Shown here one piece after another: positions 40,659-48,886 of a DNA stretch of 64,000 bases. The stretch comes from Silvanigrellaceae bacterium. Its GTDB lineage: Bacteria > Bdellovibrionota_B > Oligoflexia > Silvanigrellales > Silvanigrellaceae. A program made the position numbers and the translations under genes. Positions within the stretch are counted from its first letter, which is position 1. Each line of letters opens with the position of its first letter. The notes below the pieces were generated by a model, which was not told where the DNA came from, searched no databases, and worked only from the letters and a program-made list of their open reading frames with translations. Where the stretch lies: the NCBI GenBank assembly GCA_049423385.1, contig JBMSQQ010000004.1, positions 1 through 64,000 of the forward strand, given 5' to 3'.

Positions 40659-41534
40659 ATGAGTTTGCATCAGCGTGCGATGTTTGCCGGCGAGGTGAAT
40701 GCCTGGCTCAGCAAGGTATGCCAGGAGCGAGATTCTGACCTGAGTCTTCATGCTGAAACTTACAAGGAAGATTTTGAGCTTGAAAAGCTACCCGAGACCT
40801 GGGGAGCGTATCCGTCCCTTGATGTAAACGATGTGCGAGCCAAACTTTATCCGGATGCCGGGATAGCCTTTGCATGGCGATTCGGAGCCATCGTTTTTGT
40901 GGATGTCCCCAAGGATGTGCGGCATCGCGAGGTTGAGCACCTTCGGGAAGCGCTGGGACTGTCGCTGCAAGAGCCACGAGTGACGGCAGAGAAGTTCTTC
41001 ATTTTCATTGATTCTTCGCGGTCGGCACAAGTTGAGTACAACCGTCTGGTTTTGCCAACCATCAATCAGGAGCGTCTTGGAGCGGTCGTGCAGACGCTCG
41101 CTCAAAGTGTGGCGATGGAATATTACGAATTGGTTGTGACGCAGGCCAAGCAGAGGGTTTTGTCGATGCTCGATTCGGTGCGTCGCAAGGGGCGCATCTC
41201 AACTCCCGCCATGAAACTCAACAGCCAGATTGCCGATGCTTCCATGGCGCAAGCCGAGGTTGTGGGCGTGCTCCACCTTTTGGACAAGCCTGATATTCTT
41301 TGGAACGATGCCGAGATGGAATCCATTTATGCGGATCTCCGCAATGCCTTTGATCTTGAGGAAAGATTCAAGGCCATCGAATACAAAATCGACACCATCA
41401 AGGAAACGTTGCGTATCATTCTCGAGGCGCGCAATAGTGCCTTTGCTCAACGGCTTGAGATCGTCATTATATTGCTTGTCGGGATAGAGGTTCTATTTTC
41501 TCTCTTTGAGAGATTTCATTTGTTTGGCTGGTGA
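40659..41534 (+). CDS. RMD1/DUF155 family protein
   Basis: FGAIVFVD, LAQSVAMEYYE, LDKPDILW, FDLEER, RLEIVIILLV C-terminal TM. Confidence 0.88.
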   Translation: MSLHQRAMFAGEVNAWLSKVCQERDSDLSLHAETYKEDFELEKLPETWGAYPSLDVNDVRAKLYPDAGIAFAWRFGAIVFVDVPKDVRHREVEHLREALGLSLQEPRVTAEKFFIFIDSSRSAQVEYNRLVLPTINQERLGAVVQTLAQSVAMEYYELVVTQAKQRVLSMLDSVRRKGRISTPAMKLNSQIADASMAQAEVVGVLHLLDKPDILWNDAEMESIYADLRNAFDLEERFKAIEYKIDTIKETLRIILEARNSAFAQRLEIVIILLVGIEVLFSLFERFHLFGW

Positions 41535-42651
41535 GGGCATCAACTATTCTGGCCGAAACGGGATAGGAATTCGACTTCAATTCCCCTGGTTTTTTGCTCT
41601 TGATGCAGCTTTCATGAGCGAAATCCCTGATCTGTCGGGCCAAAAGTTCCGCCCGTATTGCGGCGATGGATGCCATTCCAGAGGCCACGATGTCGAAGCG
41701 TTCCGTGCTTTCGCCAAGAAGAACGCCTTTCGTGCCGAATGCCGAGCATTCTTCCAGAGACTCGTCATTGTCTGTCAGCACGCAAGCTGCCTTGTAAAAA
41801 AGAGAACACCGTTGCAGATGTTTTGGCTTGAATATTCGTGCGGTGTTTCTAACGTTCGGGGATTGGCTCAGCAATTCCAGCGCCCGTTGTTCGCTTGAAT
41901 GGATGACAATCATCAAATCCGGGTTTTCTTCTGCGACGACTGGCAAAATCTCGGCAAATTTGTTGGCACTTTCCGGATAACGAATGTCAGCCAGGATGTA
42001 CCTGCCAGCAACGATTTTTCTTTTCGTGGAATCAGATGAATCGCGGCAAATCGCGTCGAGATGTTCACCAGGGCAGAGATTCGCAAGAATGATTTTTCCT
42101 GATTCGGATATTGTTGTTCCCACTGGAAAAATGGTCTCTTCCCTGATTCCTTCGTGAATCAATCTGTTGCGCGCCTGAACAGAAGTCGTGAAAATCAAAT
42201 CTGACATGATTGCAATCGATTTGTGGGTCCGCTGCTTGCGGTGGTTTGTCATCCAGGCTCCGGGAACCCGGTTGACGTCTTCAATATGGGCGATCGGAAT
42301 CTTGTTTTGAAACGCTGCACTGGAAACAGCAAATGCAATGTCTTCGTGTCCAAACGAAACCAGCCAGTGTGGTCTGTCTCGGCTCCAGAGTTCAGACATC
42401 AACATGTTTATTTCGCCAAGGTATGTACCCGAATTTGGCTCTGTTCCCCGGATTCCCAATTGGATGTCGGCCGGCAGTGACAAGCTCTGCAACACCTCGT
42501 TCAGATCCTGTTGATTCGAGACCAGCGAGACAACACGCAATCGCAAATGTCTTTGCTTTCTAAAGCAGTGAATAACAGGAGCGAGATGCATCGCTTCCCT
42601 GCGACTTGAGATCAAAAAATCCAGAGTTGTGGTTCGAATTTCGCTTTCCAT
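41467..42651 (-). CDS. Degenerate UDP-N-acetylglucosamine 2-epimerase-like protein
   Basis: SRREAMHLAPV, IPIAHIE, LTD..SLEE, TERF follow the WecB layout but catalytic motifs are altered. Confidence 0.7.
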   Translation of the reverse strand: MESEIRTTTLDFLISSRREAMHLAPVIHCFRKQRHLRLRVVSLVSNQQDLNEVLQSLSLPADIQLGIRGTEPNSGTYLGEINMLMSELWSRDRPHWLVSFGHEDIAFAVSSAAFQNKIPIAHIEDVNRVPGAWMTNHRKQRTHKSIAIMSDLIFTTSVQARNRLIHEGIREETIFPVGTTISESGKIILANLCPGEHLDAICRDSSDSTKRKIVAGRYILADIRYPESANKFAEILPVVAEENPDLMIVIHSSEQRALELLSQSPNVRNTARIFKPKHLQRCSLFYKAACVLTDNDESLEECSAFGTKGVLLGESTERFDIVASGMASIAAIRAELLARQIRDFAHESCIKSKKPGELKSNSYPVSARIVDALTSQTNEISQREKIEPLSRQAI

Positions 42652-42747
42652 AGAGCCCTCCATTTGAGGTCTCTGCAATTAGGCCCACGGGCGATCATAA
42701 TCAATCGATGAATCTTGTCTGGACGAAAGCGGTTGCCTGGATTGGAA

Positions 42748-43623
42748 TCACCTGCGTAAATTGAGCAGGTGGCACATGTAGATAAAATTTTTCAGCAGCC
42801 TGTCGCCATCGCGGGTGGGATGAGGAGTCTCTGGATGGCTTTGCACTGAGTAGATGGGCTTGCCCGGATGCACCAGGGCATCGACTTCACATTCAGGACT
42901 TGTCATTGCAACGTGAAGGTCCCATTCCGATTTGGGCAATTTGACTTCCTGCTCGTGCCAGGTGTGACTCCAGAACTCCTGCGGCCAAAGAGATTGTATG
43001 GTTTTGCGCACACGGGCATATTTGGGAAGCATGGCTGTCTGCTTTGGAACCGTCGGAAAGACCTGTTGCCAATCGTCGGCCGTCCAATCGAAAGTGATTC
43101 TCACTGCTTCGCAAAAACCCAGATCTCTCTTGTTTCCAGAAAAATAATCGCGGTCATCGAGAGTCGCAGCCAAAAGAGCCATTTTGGGAGACGTCACCTG
43201 CTTGCCGCGCGGAACCTGATATCGCCGGGTTGGCAATTCATGGCGGTTGTCGATGAAGTCGACCTTCGCTTCGTGCATGTCGCCGAGCATCTGGTGCGAA
43301 AAACAGATGCCCAGGAAGGGGATGTGCGCATCGAAGATGTGGCGGGTGAGGAGTTCCTTCATCTCAGGCAGCCAGGCCGGGTTTTCCGTCACATTTGCAG
43401 TGCTTCCAAGTCCAAAAACACCTGCGAGATTATCCTGTCCAAAGGCGGTGGCGAGAGGGTCTTCCGTCGACAGGGCAGGACAACGAAATTGCAATGAACG
43501 CAGCGAAAATTCCTGATGCTCGGCAAGTTCGCCAAAAAGCATCGAGATTCGATTGTAGGCAACCGTCTCGGGTTCGTTCTTCGCTGGATCAATTATAAGA
43601 ATGTCATGTCGGCGCCGCTTCAC
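42748..43623 (-). CDS. Type 1 glutamine amidotransferase-like protein
   Basis: LGICFSHQML nucleophile elbow; VQSHPE. Confidence 0.8.
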   Translation of the reverse strand: MKRRRHDILIIDPAKNEPETVAYNRISMLFGELAEHQEFSLRSLQFRCPALSTEDPLATAFGQDNLAGVFGLGSTANVTENPAWLPEMKELLTRHIFDAHIPFLGICFSHQMLGDMHEAKVDFIDNRHELPTRRYQVPRGKQVTSPKMALLAATLDDRDYFSGNKRDLGFCEAVRITFDWTADDWQQVFPTVPKQTAMLPKYARVRKTIQSLWPQEFWSHTWHEQEVKLPKSEWDLHVAMTSPECEVDALVHPGKPIYSVQSHPETPHPTRDGDRLLKNFIYMCHLLNLRR

Positions 43624-43841
43624 GTTCTCTCCTTCATTCCGTCCCGGAGGCCCTTCACTGCCAAGGCGTTTCTCACAAAATTTCCTGGCGAGAAAGTATT
43701 CCTCCGTGTTTATTAAAACATTCGCAATCCCAAGGAAAGCTTGTGCAGTCCTGTCTTACTTTTTGTTTAGATATCCAGTCGGTTCACGCGCTCCGGCGGG
43801 TGCCGGAACGTCGGGTTGTCCAGACAAAAAAGGAGTATCGG

Positions 43842-44372
43842 ATGCCAGCAGTAGCCAAGACCATCGCAAAGAAGAAACCTACAATTTCTCTTCAACGCAC
43901 CAGAAATCCACTCAATGAAGGACAACGTGTTGAAATCGTGCGCGCCCTGCAACCGGTGCAATGTGCCGGCATCGAACTCTATCTCCAGCTCAAGAATGCC
44001 CATTGGAACATTCGCGGCGCAAACTTTTCCGGGCTGCACACCCTGTTCGATGACACAGCCCGTGAAGTCAACGAAATTGCGGATTCCCTTGCGGAACGGA
44101 TTTCGATACTCGGCGGAGAGCCGGTTGCGACCCTCCAGAAGCTTTCGCTGGTTCCTCATCTCGCCGATGCGCCTGTCGGAATGAAAGTGCAGGAGGAGTT
44201 TGTCAAAATCATCGCGGATCGTTTGTCATTCTACGTTCAGATGCTCCGTGATGCCGAGGAGTCTTTTCAGAAAAACTATGATCCTGTTTCTGGAGATGCA
44301 TGCATCAAGGCGGCAGGCACCTTGGAAAAGAGACTCTGGATGATAGAGTCGCATCTGCCGACTCGAGTCTAA
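43842..44372 (+). CDS. dps: Dps family DNA protection / ferritin-like protein
   Basis: KNAHWNIRGANFSGLHTLFD, DSLAER, EKRLWM; AAGGAG RBS. Confidence 0.92.
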   Translation: MPAVAKTIAKKKPTISLQRTRNPLNEGQRVEIVRALQPVQCAGIELYLQLKNAHWNIRGANFSGLHTLFDDTAREVNEIADSLAERISILGGEPVATLQKLSLVPHLADAPVGMKVQEEFVKIIADRLSFYVQMLRDAEESFQKNYDPVSGDACIKAAGTLEKRLWMIESHLPTRV

Positions 44373-44395
44373 GCTGCAATTTTGGCAGGATTCTA

Positions 44396-45307
44396 TCACC
44401 AGCAGCGGCAATCGAGGCGTTCGTCCTTGTTGAGGTGGCACTCCTGTTGGTGATTCATGAATCCATGCACATGCCCATTGTGCATCTCGATTCGAAAGGT
44501 CGGACTTGCATTGGTCAAGGGTGCATTTGTTGGCAATGGGGATTTCACCACCTTATTGGTGAGCAAAGCCGTTCGTGTTCCCCAGCGTGCGCCTTGACTG
44601 GTGTATTCCCCAATCAGCTTCTGCAATTCGGCGAGAGCCTCACCCGCGCTGGGATAACGTTGCAGTGGATCGAGCCTGCCGAAAGCAAGTCTCTCGGTGT
44701 TGGCAGTGAAGTCAGGGCTTGAACTTTGAATCAGCGTGAGCTGATAGCTTTCCAAAGTTTCGGAGATTGGCTCAAGTGAGAGCTGATAATATTTTCCACG
44801 GAATTGCATATAAAAATTGAGATCGACAATTCCAAGTGAATCAGGCACGAACGAGTTCACTGACTGCAAATTCCGGCTCAACGTCTCTTGAAAAGATCTT
44901 TCTAGGTCCTCGGAGTTTCGCTTGCAAGGTCCGCCAGCAACAAACTTTGGAACCACCAGGTCGAATTTTACAGGAGGATTTGCCTGAGTCCTCGTGAAAA
45001 ATTCGACTGTGGGGATATAGCCTGTCCGAGGCGCGGGCTGCAATGGCGGATGGTTGCTGACAGCATCATTGATATCCGGATTGTCCAATGAGCTCGATGC
45101 CTGATTTCGGTTAAAGTTTCCGCCCATGAGTTCGGGTCCGGGGCTGCGACGGCTCTCGCTGGAGGAAGAATTCGGCGATGGACTCCGGTAAGTTGAACTT
45201 TCTCCATCAGAGAGGTTTTTGGCCGGATATTGGGAAAGAAAAATCGGACTGCTCAGCCAGAAAACCGCGGCCACAATTCCCATGCTGATTGGCAAACGGA
45301 CATTCAT
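44396..45307 (-). CDS. Hypothetical exported protein
   Basis: N-terminal hydrophobic anchor; ATGA overlap with the M23 gene. Confidence 0.65.
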   Translation of the reverse strand: MNVRLPISMGIVAAVFWLSSPIFLSQYPAKNLSDGESSTYRSPSPNSSSSESRRSPGPELMGGNFNRNQASSSLDNPDINDAVSNHPPLQPAPRTGYIPTVEFFTRTQANPPVKFDLVVPKFVAGGPCKRNSEDLERSFQETLSRNLQSVNSFVPDSLGIVDLNFYMQFRGKYYQLSLEPISETLESYQLTLIQSSSPDFTANTERLAFGRLDPLQRYPSAGEALAELQKLIGEYTSQGARWGTRTALLTNKVVKSPLPTNAPLTNASPTFRIEMHNGHVHGFMNHQQECHLNKDERLDCRCW

Positions 45308-46146
45308 GGTTCGCGACTCCGCTCCGGCAAATGCAACAGGGGGTCGACGGGATTTCCTGATTGACGAATTTCAAAGTGGATGTGAGGGCCAGTGGAATTG
45401 CCACTCGTTCCACTTTTTGCAATTTCGTCTCCTTGAAGCACAACCTTTCCGACCGCAAAACCGAGGAGATCTGAACTGTGTCCATATCTGGTTTCAAAAC
45501 CATATTCATGCGTGACTTGAACCATATGCCCATATCCGATCGACGACCAACCCGAAAATGAAATCTGGCCGGCGGCAGATGCCATGACGCTTGTGCCTGT
45601 CGGAACAGACAGATCTATTCCTTCGTGAAAGGAATTGAATCTTGGACCAAATGTTGAGGTCAATTTTCCACTCGTTGCGGGCCATTTGAAATCTATTCTG
45701 CTCGACTGTCTTGAACTTGGAGTGGATTGGGATGAATCATCCAAAGCAACCGTCTTTGCGGGATTTTTAACTTGTAAACCTCTTTGAATGACCTCTTGCC
45801 GAAAATGCTCGGCAAAGAAAACACCCCCTCCCAGCCTGCACGCATTCTTCGGCAAAAATTCATGCGAGAGTGTGACCTTGTAGTGGGTGCCCTCAGCGGT
45901 TGAAACCAGGATGGGCGATCCGAGAATGGCAATTCTCTCGCCCGCTTCAATTTTGCAAAGTTCATCGGGGCGCAAACTTGAAAATTGTTTCGTAGATGAC
46001 TTGAGGTACGTTTGTCGTAAAGCAACCAGGCTGACATCAAAGCTTTCGGAGAAATGAGCTGATGAGTCGGACTTTTGTTTTCCGCACGCAACAACCAATG
46101 CTGTCATGCAACAAGAAAGCATCAACTGTTTGCTTCGATATTTCAT
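45304..46146 (-). CDS. M23 family metallopeptidase lipoprotein
   Basis: Lipobox VVAC; HEGID, YGH, STGPHIHFE. Confidence 0.9.
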   Translation of the reverse strand: MKYRSKQLMLSCCMTALVVACGKQKSDSSAHFSESFDVSLVALRQTYLKSSTKQFSSLRPDELCKIEAGERIAILGSPILVSTAEGTHYKVTLSHEFLPKNACRLGGGVFFAEHFRQEVIQRGLQVKNPAKTVALDDSSQSTPSSRQSSRIDFKWPATSGKLTSTFGPRFNSFHEGIDLSVPTGTSVMASAAGQISFSGWSSIGYGHMVQVTHEYGFETRYGHSSDLLGFAVGKVVLQGDEIAKSGTSGNSTGPHIHFEIRQSGNPVDPLLHLPERSREP

Positions 46147-46180
46147 GAGCGGATTTCTCCAAACGCGACTCAGTCCATAA

Positions 46181-46615
46181 TCAAAACAAGTAACCCACGC
46201 TTATCTTTAGTGCTCCTCCAAGATACTCCCCCAGCACAATGTCTGCGCCCACCCCGGCATCAAATCTGTTGGGAAAGCGATGAGCCCAACCGAATTCTCC
46301 TCCAGGTTGCAGAGCCAGTCGCGAGCCGAATCCCAGGAAAAGCTTGGGTCCACCATGAAATCCGGATAGATTTCCTGGCAGCTGCCACATCAATCCGCGA
46401 AGTGAAATGAGTCGCAGCCCGTAAAGTTCACCACCCAAAGTGATATTGTCCGAAAACATGGGTCCAAAGTCTGCAGAAAGTGATGCAGTTGCCGACCCTA
46501 CCGCGTGAATCGAAAAACCGGCACGTGTCGGATATAAAAAGGGTCGCGCTTCGGCGCTTGATACACTGGCGAAGCCCAGCGGCATCAAACATAAAAATGC
46601 AATGAAACACTTCAT
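46181..46615 (-). CDS. Small putative outer-membrane beta-barrel protein
   Basis: Signal peptide ending AEA; C-terminal ISVGYLF; ATGA overlap with the GNAT gene. Confidence 0.65.
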   Translation of the reverse strand: MKCFIAFLCLMPLGFASVSSAEARPFLYPTRAGFSIHAVGSATASLSADFGPMFSDNITLGGELYGLRLISLRGLMWQLPGNLSGFHGGPKLFLGFGSRLALQPGGEFGWAHRFPNRFDAGVGADIVLGEYLGGALKISVGYLF

Positions 46616-47691
46616 TCGAGCATCCTTCTCAATAGAACATATCTGTCCACGCTGTCTGGCTGAGCAAATGAACCATGCGACTGGCCTATCTTCTCGCTGA
46701 TGTTTCCGGATCTGATGAGTGCGCCGGTGGTTCTGGTGATTTTGTTGTTCCTGCAAAATGCAGATATCTCCCATGTGAGAGCATTTGCGATCCCTTTGGA
46801 TCGATGATCCGGATGAACTGCCACCGTTTTGTAGACCAGCTCGTCTCCGTGGGAAAAGCAGAAGGCGAATGCAACCGCCTGTCCATCCGGCAACAAGCAA
46901 ATCCTTGAGGCTTCAATGTTCGCTTTCACTGCGAGCCCGAGCATCAGCCCGGAAAACAAGGGAAAGGGAATTTTTTCGAACATCGGATTGTCTGCAAAAG
47001 CAATGTTCGACAGTTCAAAAATTTTTCGCAGGTCTTCTATCATTCCGTTCCCGGAAGCAATCGGTCGAATGATGTAGCCCGAATCGACAACCGATTCGTG
47101 TTCCGGATTCAGCTTTTCAAGATAGGCATCCCAAATTCGGACATCACTGACCTGATAACTCAAACTTGAAAAGTGAAGGTGCTCGGAAAATCCCGCTTCC
47201 TCAAAGAGTTTTTTATGAAAATTGGGGGCTATTGGTTCCCAGGACCTGCCTGAGTCCGAAGGTTCGTCCACGGGGCGAACCTTGAAGCGATAGTTAAACC
47301 AGCTGTTGAAATCCATGGGGCCGACTGCAGAGCGGATTCTCTTTGATTTCAACCATCCGATTGCTTCCGAGATGAGTTCCTTCGCTGCATCTCTTCCCTC
47401 GGGAGAATCGACACAATCAAAGAAGCCGATCGAGCCCTGGGATGCTTGACCCTGCGGAACGTCCGCACCGATCCGTGCCAGATGCGAGCCATCCTTTGCG
47501 CAGGATGAAATCCAGAATTCACACGTGCGCTGCTCTCCAAAGGCAAGTAGTTGAAGCCACAGATTGGTCGAGCCGGTGGCTGGCTTTCCCAGGCTCTTCA
47601 AGATCTGATCGGGCATTTCTGCAAAGATGCGGTCGAAGTTGCCTTTGTCATCAGCTCTGCTTCGGGCTTCGACAGTGAATCTGCTCGTCAT
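46612..47691 (-). CDS. Tandem GNAT-fold N-acetyltransferase
   Basis: IGFFDC, GPMDFNSWFNYR, VAVHPDHRSKGIA acetyl-CoA motif. Confidence 0.8.
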   Translation of the reverse strand: MTSRFTVEARSRADDKGNFDRIFAEMPDQILKSLGKPATGSTNLWLQLLAFGEQRTCEFWISSCAKDGSHLARIGADVPQGQASQGSIGFFDCVDSPEGRDAAKELISEAIGWLKSKRIRSAVGPMDFNSWFNYRFKVRPVDEPSDSGRSWEPIAPNFHKKLFEEAGFSEHLHFSSLSYQVSDVRIWDAYLEKLNPEHESVVDSGYIIRPIASGNGMIEDLRKIFELSNIAFADNPMFEKIPFPLFSGLMLGLAVKANIEASRICLLPDGQAVAFAFCFSHGDELVYKTVAVHPDHRSKGIANALTWEISAFCRNNKITRTTGALIRSGNISEKIGQSHGSFAQPDSVDRYVLLRRMLE

Positions 47692-47713
47692 TTCCTACCA
47701 CTCCAACTCTTGG

Positions 47714-48694
47714 TCAAGCTGATTGTTTGAGAGGTGTTGGGCTGTAAGTCTGAATCACCGATTTCATCGCATCAGAAACATCCGAGTAGGAGTCGAAATA
47801 GGAAAACGTCTTGGGAAAATTTCTCCTCGAGTATTGGGCCAGCTGGTAGGGGCTTTGTCCTTTTTGTGCACGCACATCATCGGAAAGCCTGCCAACTTGA
47901 TTCGAGAGATGACGACGCATCCGGCAGAGTTCCTCGATGATGACGATGTTTGCCCTTTTCGGCGTGGTGTAGCTTTTCATCGTCTGTCGGAGCAAAAGAA
48001 TGTTCATGCTGCGGATTGGAAAGGGGCTTTTGTCAAAAATATATCTCAAAAGATGCTCATCAATCTGCACGTGTCGGGATTCGTCGAGCATGTGAAATTG
48101 ATGCACCTGGTAGTGCAGCGGATCGAGATTTCCCTGAAGTTCGTCCCGCTGCTGCATTCTGTAGTGCGAAAAGTAGTCGATTGTTTTTTCTTCAAACAAG
48201 AGGGCAATCCAGATCCAGAAATTCAAATATCGCGGCATTTTTGACATCAAGTTCATGAGTGCGTCTTCATGCGATTTGAGCCGCAAAAAGAAGTAATCCC
48301 TTGAATCGTAGCGGTCCGGGTTGCACAGTCGATTGAGCCTTCGGAACATTTCCGTGTGCTTGACTTCCTCGTCGAGGAAAATCTCGAGGCACTTCTTGAG
48401 ATCGACAGAGACGCCGGTGGCCCAGGGGAGCAGACCTTCCACCACCCTGCAAAGAAATCTGTCTTCGAGAAAGATGAATTGTTCGCTTACATATTGAGCG
48501 AACAGTTGATTGTAGAACCGGCGGTCATCCTCATCCAGAACATTTCTGTACGAGGCACAGTGATACAGGGGAGTCAGCGATTCCGGAAAAAAGAAGAGAC
48601 CTGTGTCGACGCCCCGGTGCCATGAAATGCGTTCGAGCGTATAGGTATTCTTTTGCGCAGCATCGGCTATCGCCTTAAGTTCCGGCAAACTCAT
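47714..48694 (-). CDS. AurF-like diiron oxygenase
   Basis: Ferritin-like ligands EQFIFLE, DEEVKH, FEE, HMLDESRH. Confidence 0.82.
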   Translation of the reverse strand: MSLPELKAIADAAQKNTYTLERISWHRGVDTGLFFFPESLTPLYHCASYRNVLDEDDRRFYNQLFAQYVSEQFIFLEDRFLCRVVEGLLPWATGVSVDLKKCLEIFLDEEVKHTEMFRRLNRLCNPDRYDSRDYFFLRLKSHEDALMNLMSKMPRYLNFWIWIALLFEEKTIDYFSHYRMQQRDELQGNLDPLHYQVHQFHMLDESRHVQIDEHLLRYIFDKSPFPIRSMNILLLRQTMKSYTTPKRANIVIIEELCRMRRHLSNQVGRLSDDVRAQKGQSPYQLAQYSRRNFPKTFSYFDSYSDVSDAMKSVIQTYSPTPLKQSA

Positions 48695-48886
48695 TGGTTT
48701 GTTCCTTTCCCACCAACGAACGTCCCTGTTTTCGGAACATTTCCGACCCTACAAAAGAAAAATTTAAATAAAAAAATTAAGTCTATATTTTTCCGTATAT
48801 TGCCCGATAATTTGCTGCTTGGACATTCACCGGGAGGATGTGTGCCGGCACCGAATGGAAATTGCACAATCCGTGCATTCGAAAAG

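Noticed and set aside
36032..41534. 3' overlaps of convergent genes (36032-36078, 41467-41534)
   Set aside because: Short tail-to-tail overlaps are common in compact genomes, and I see no sign of special function
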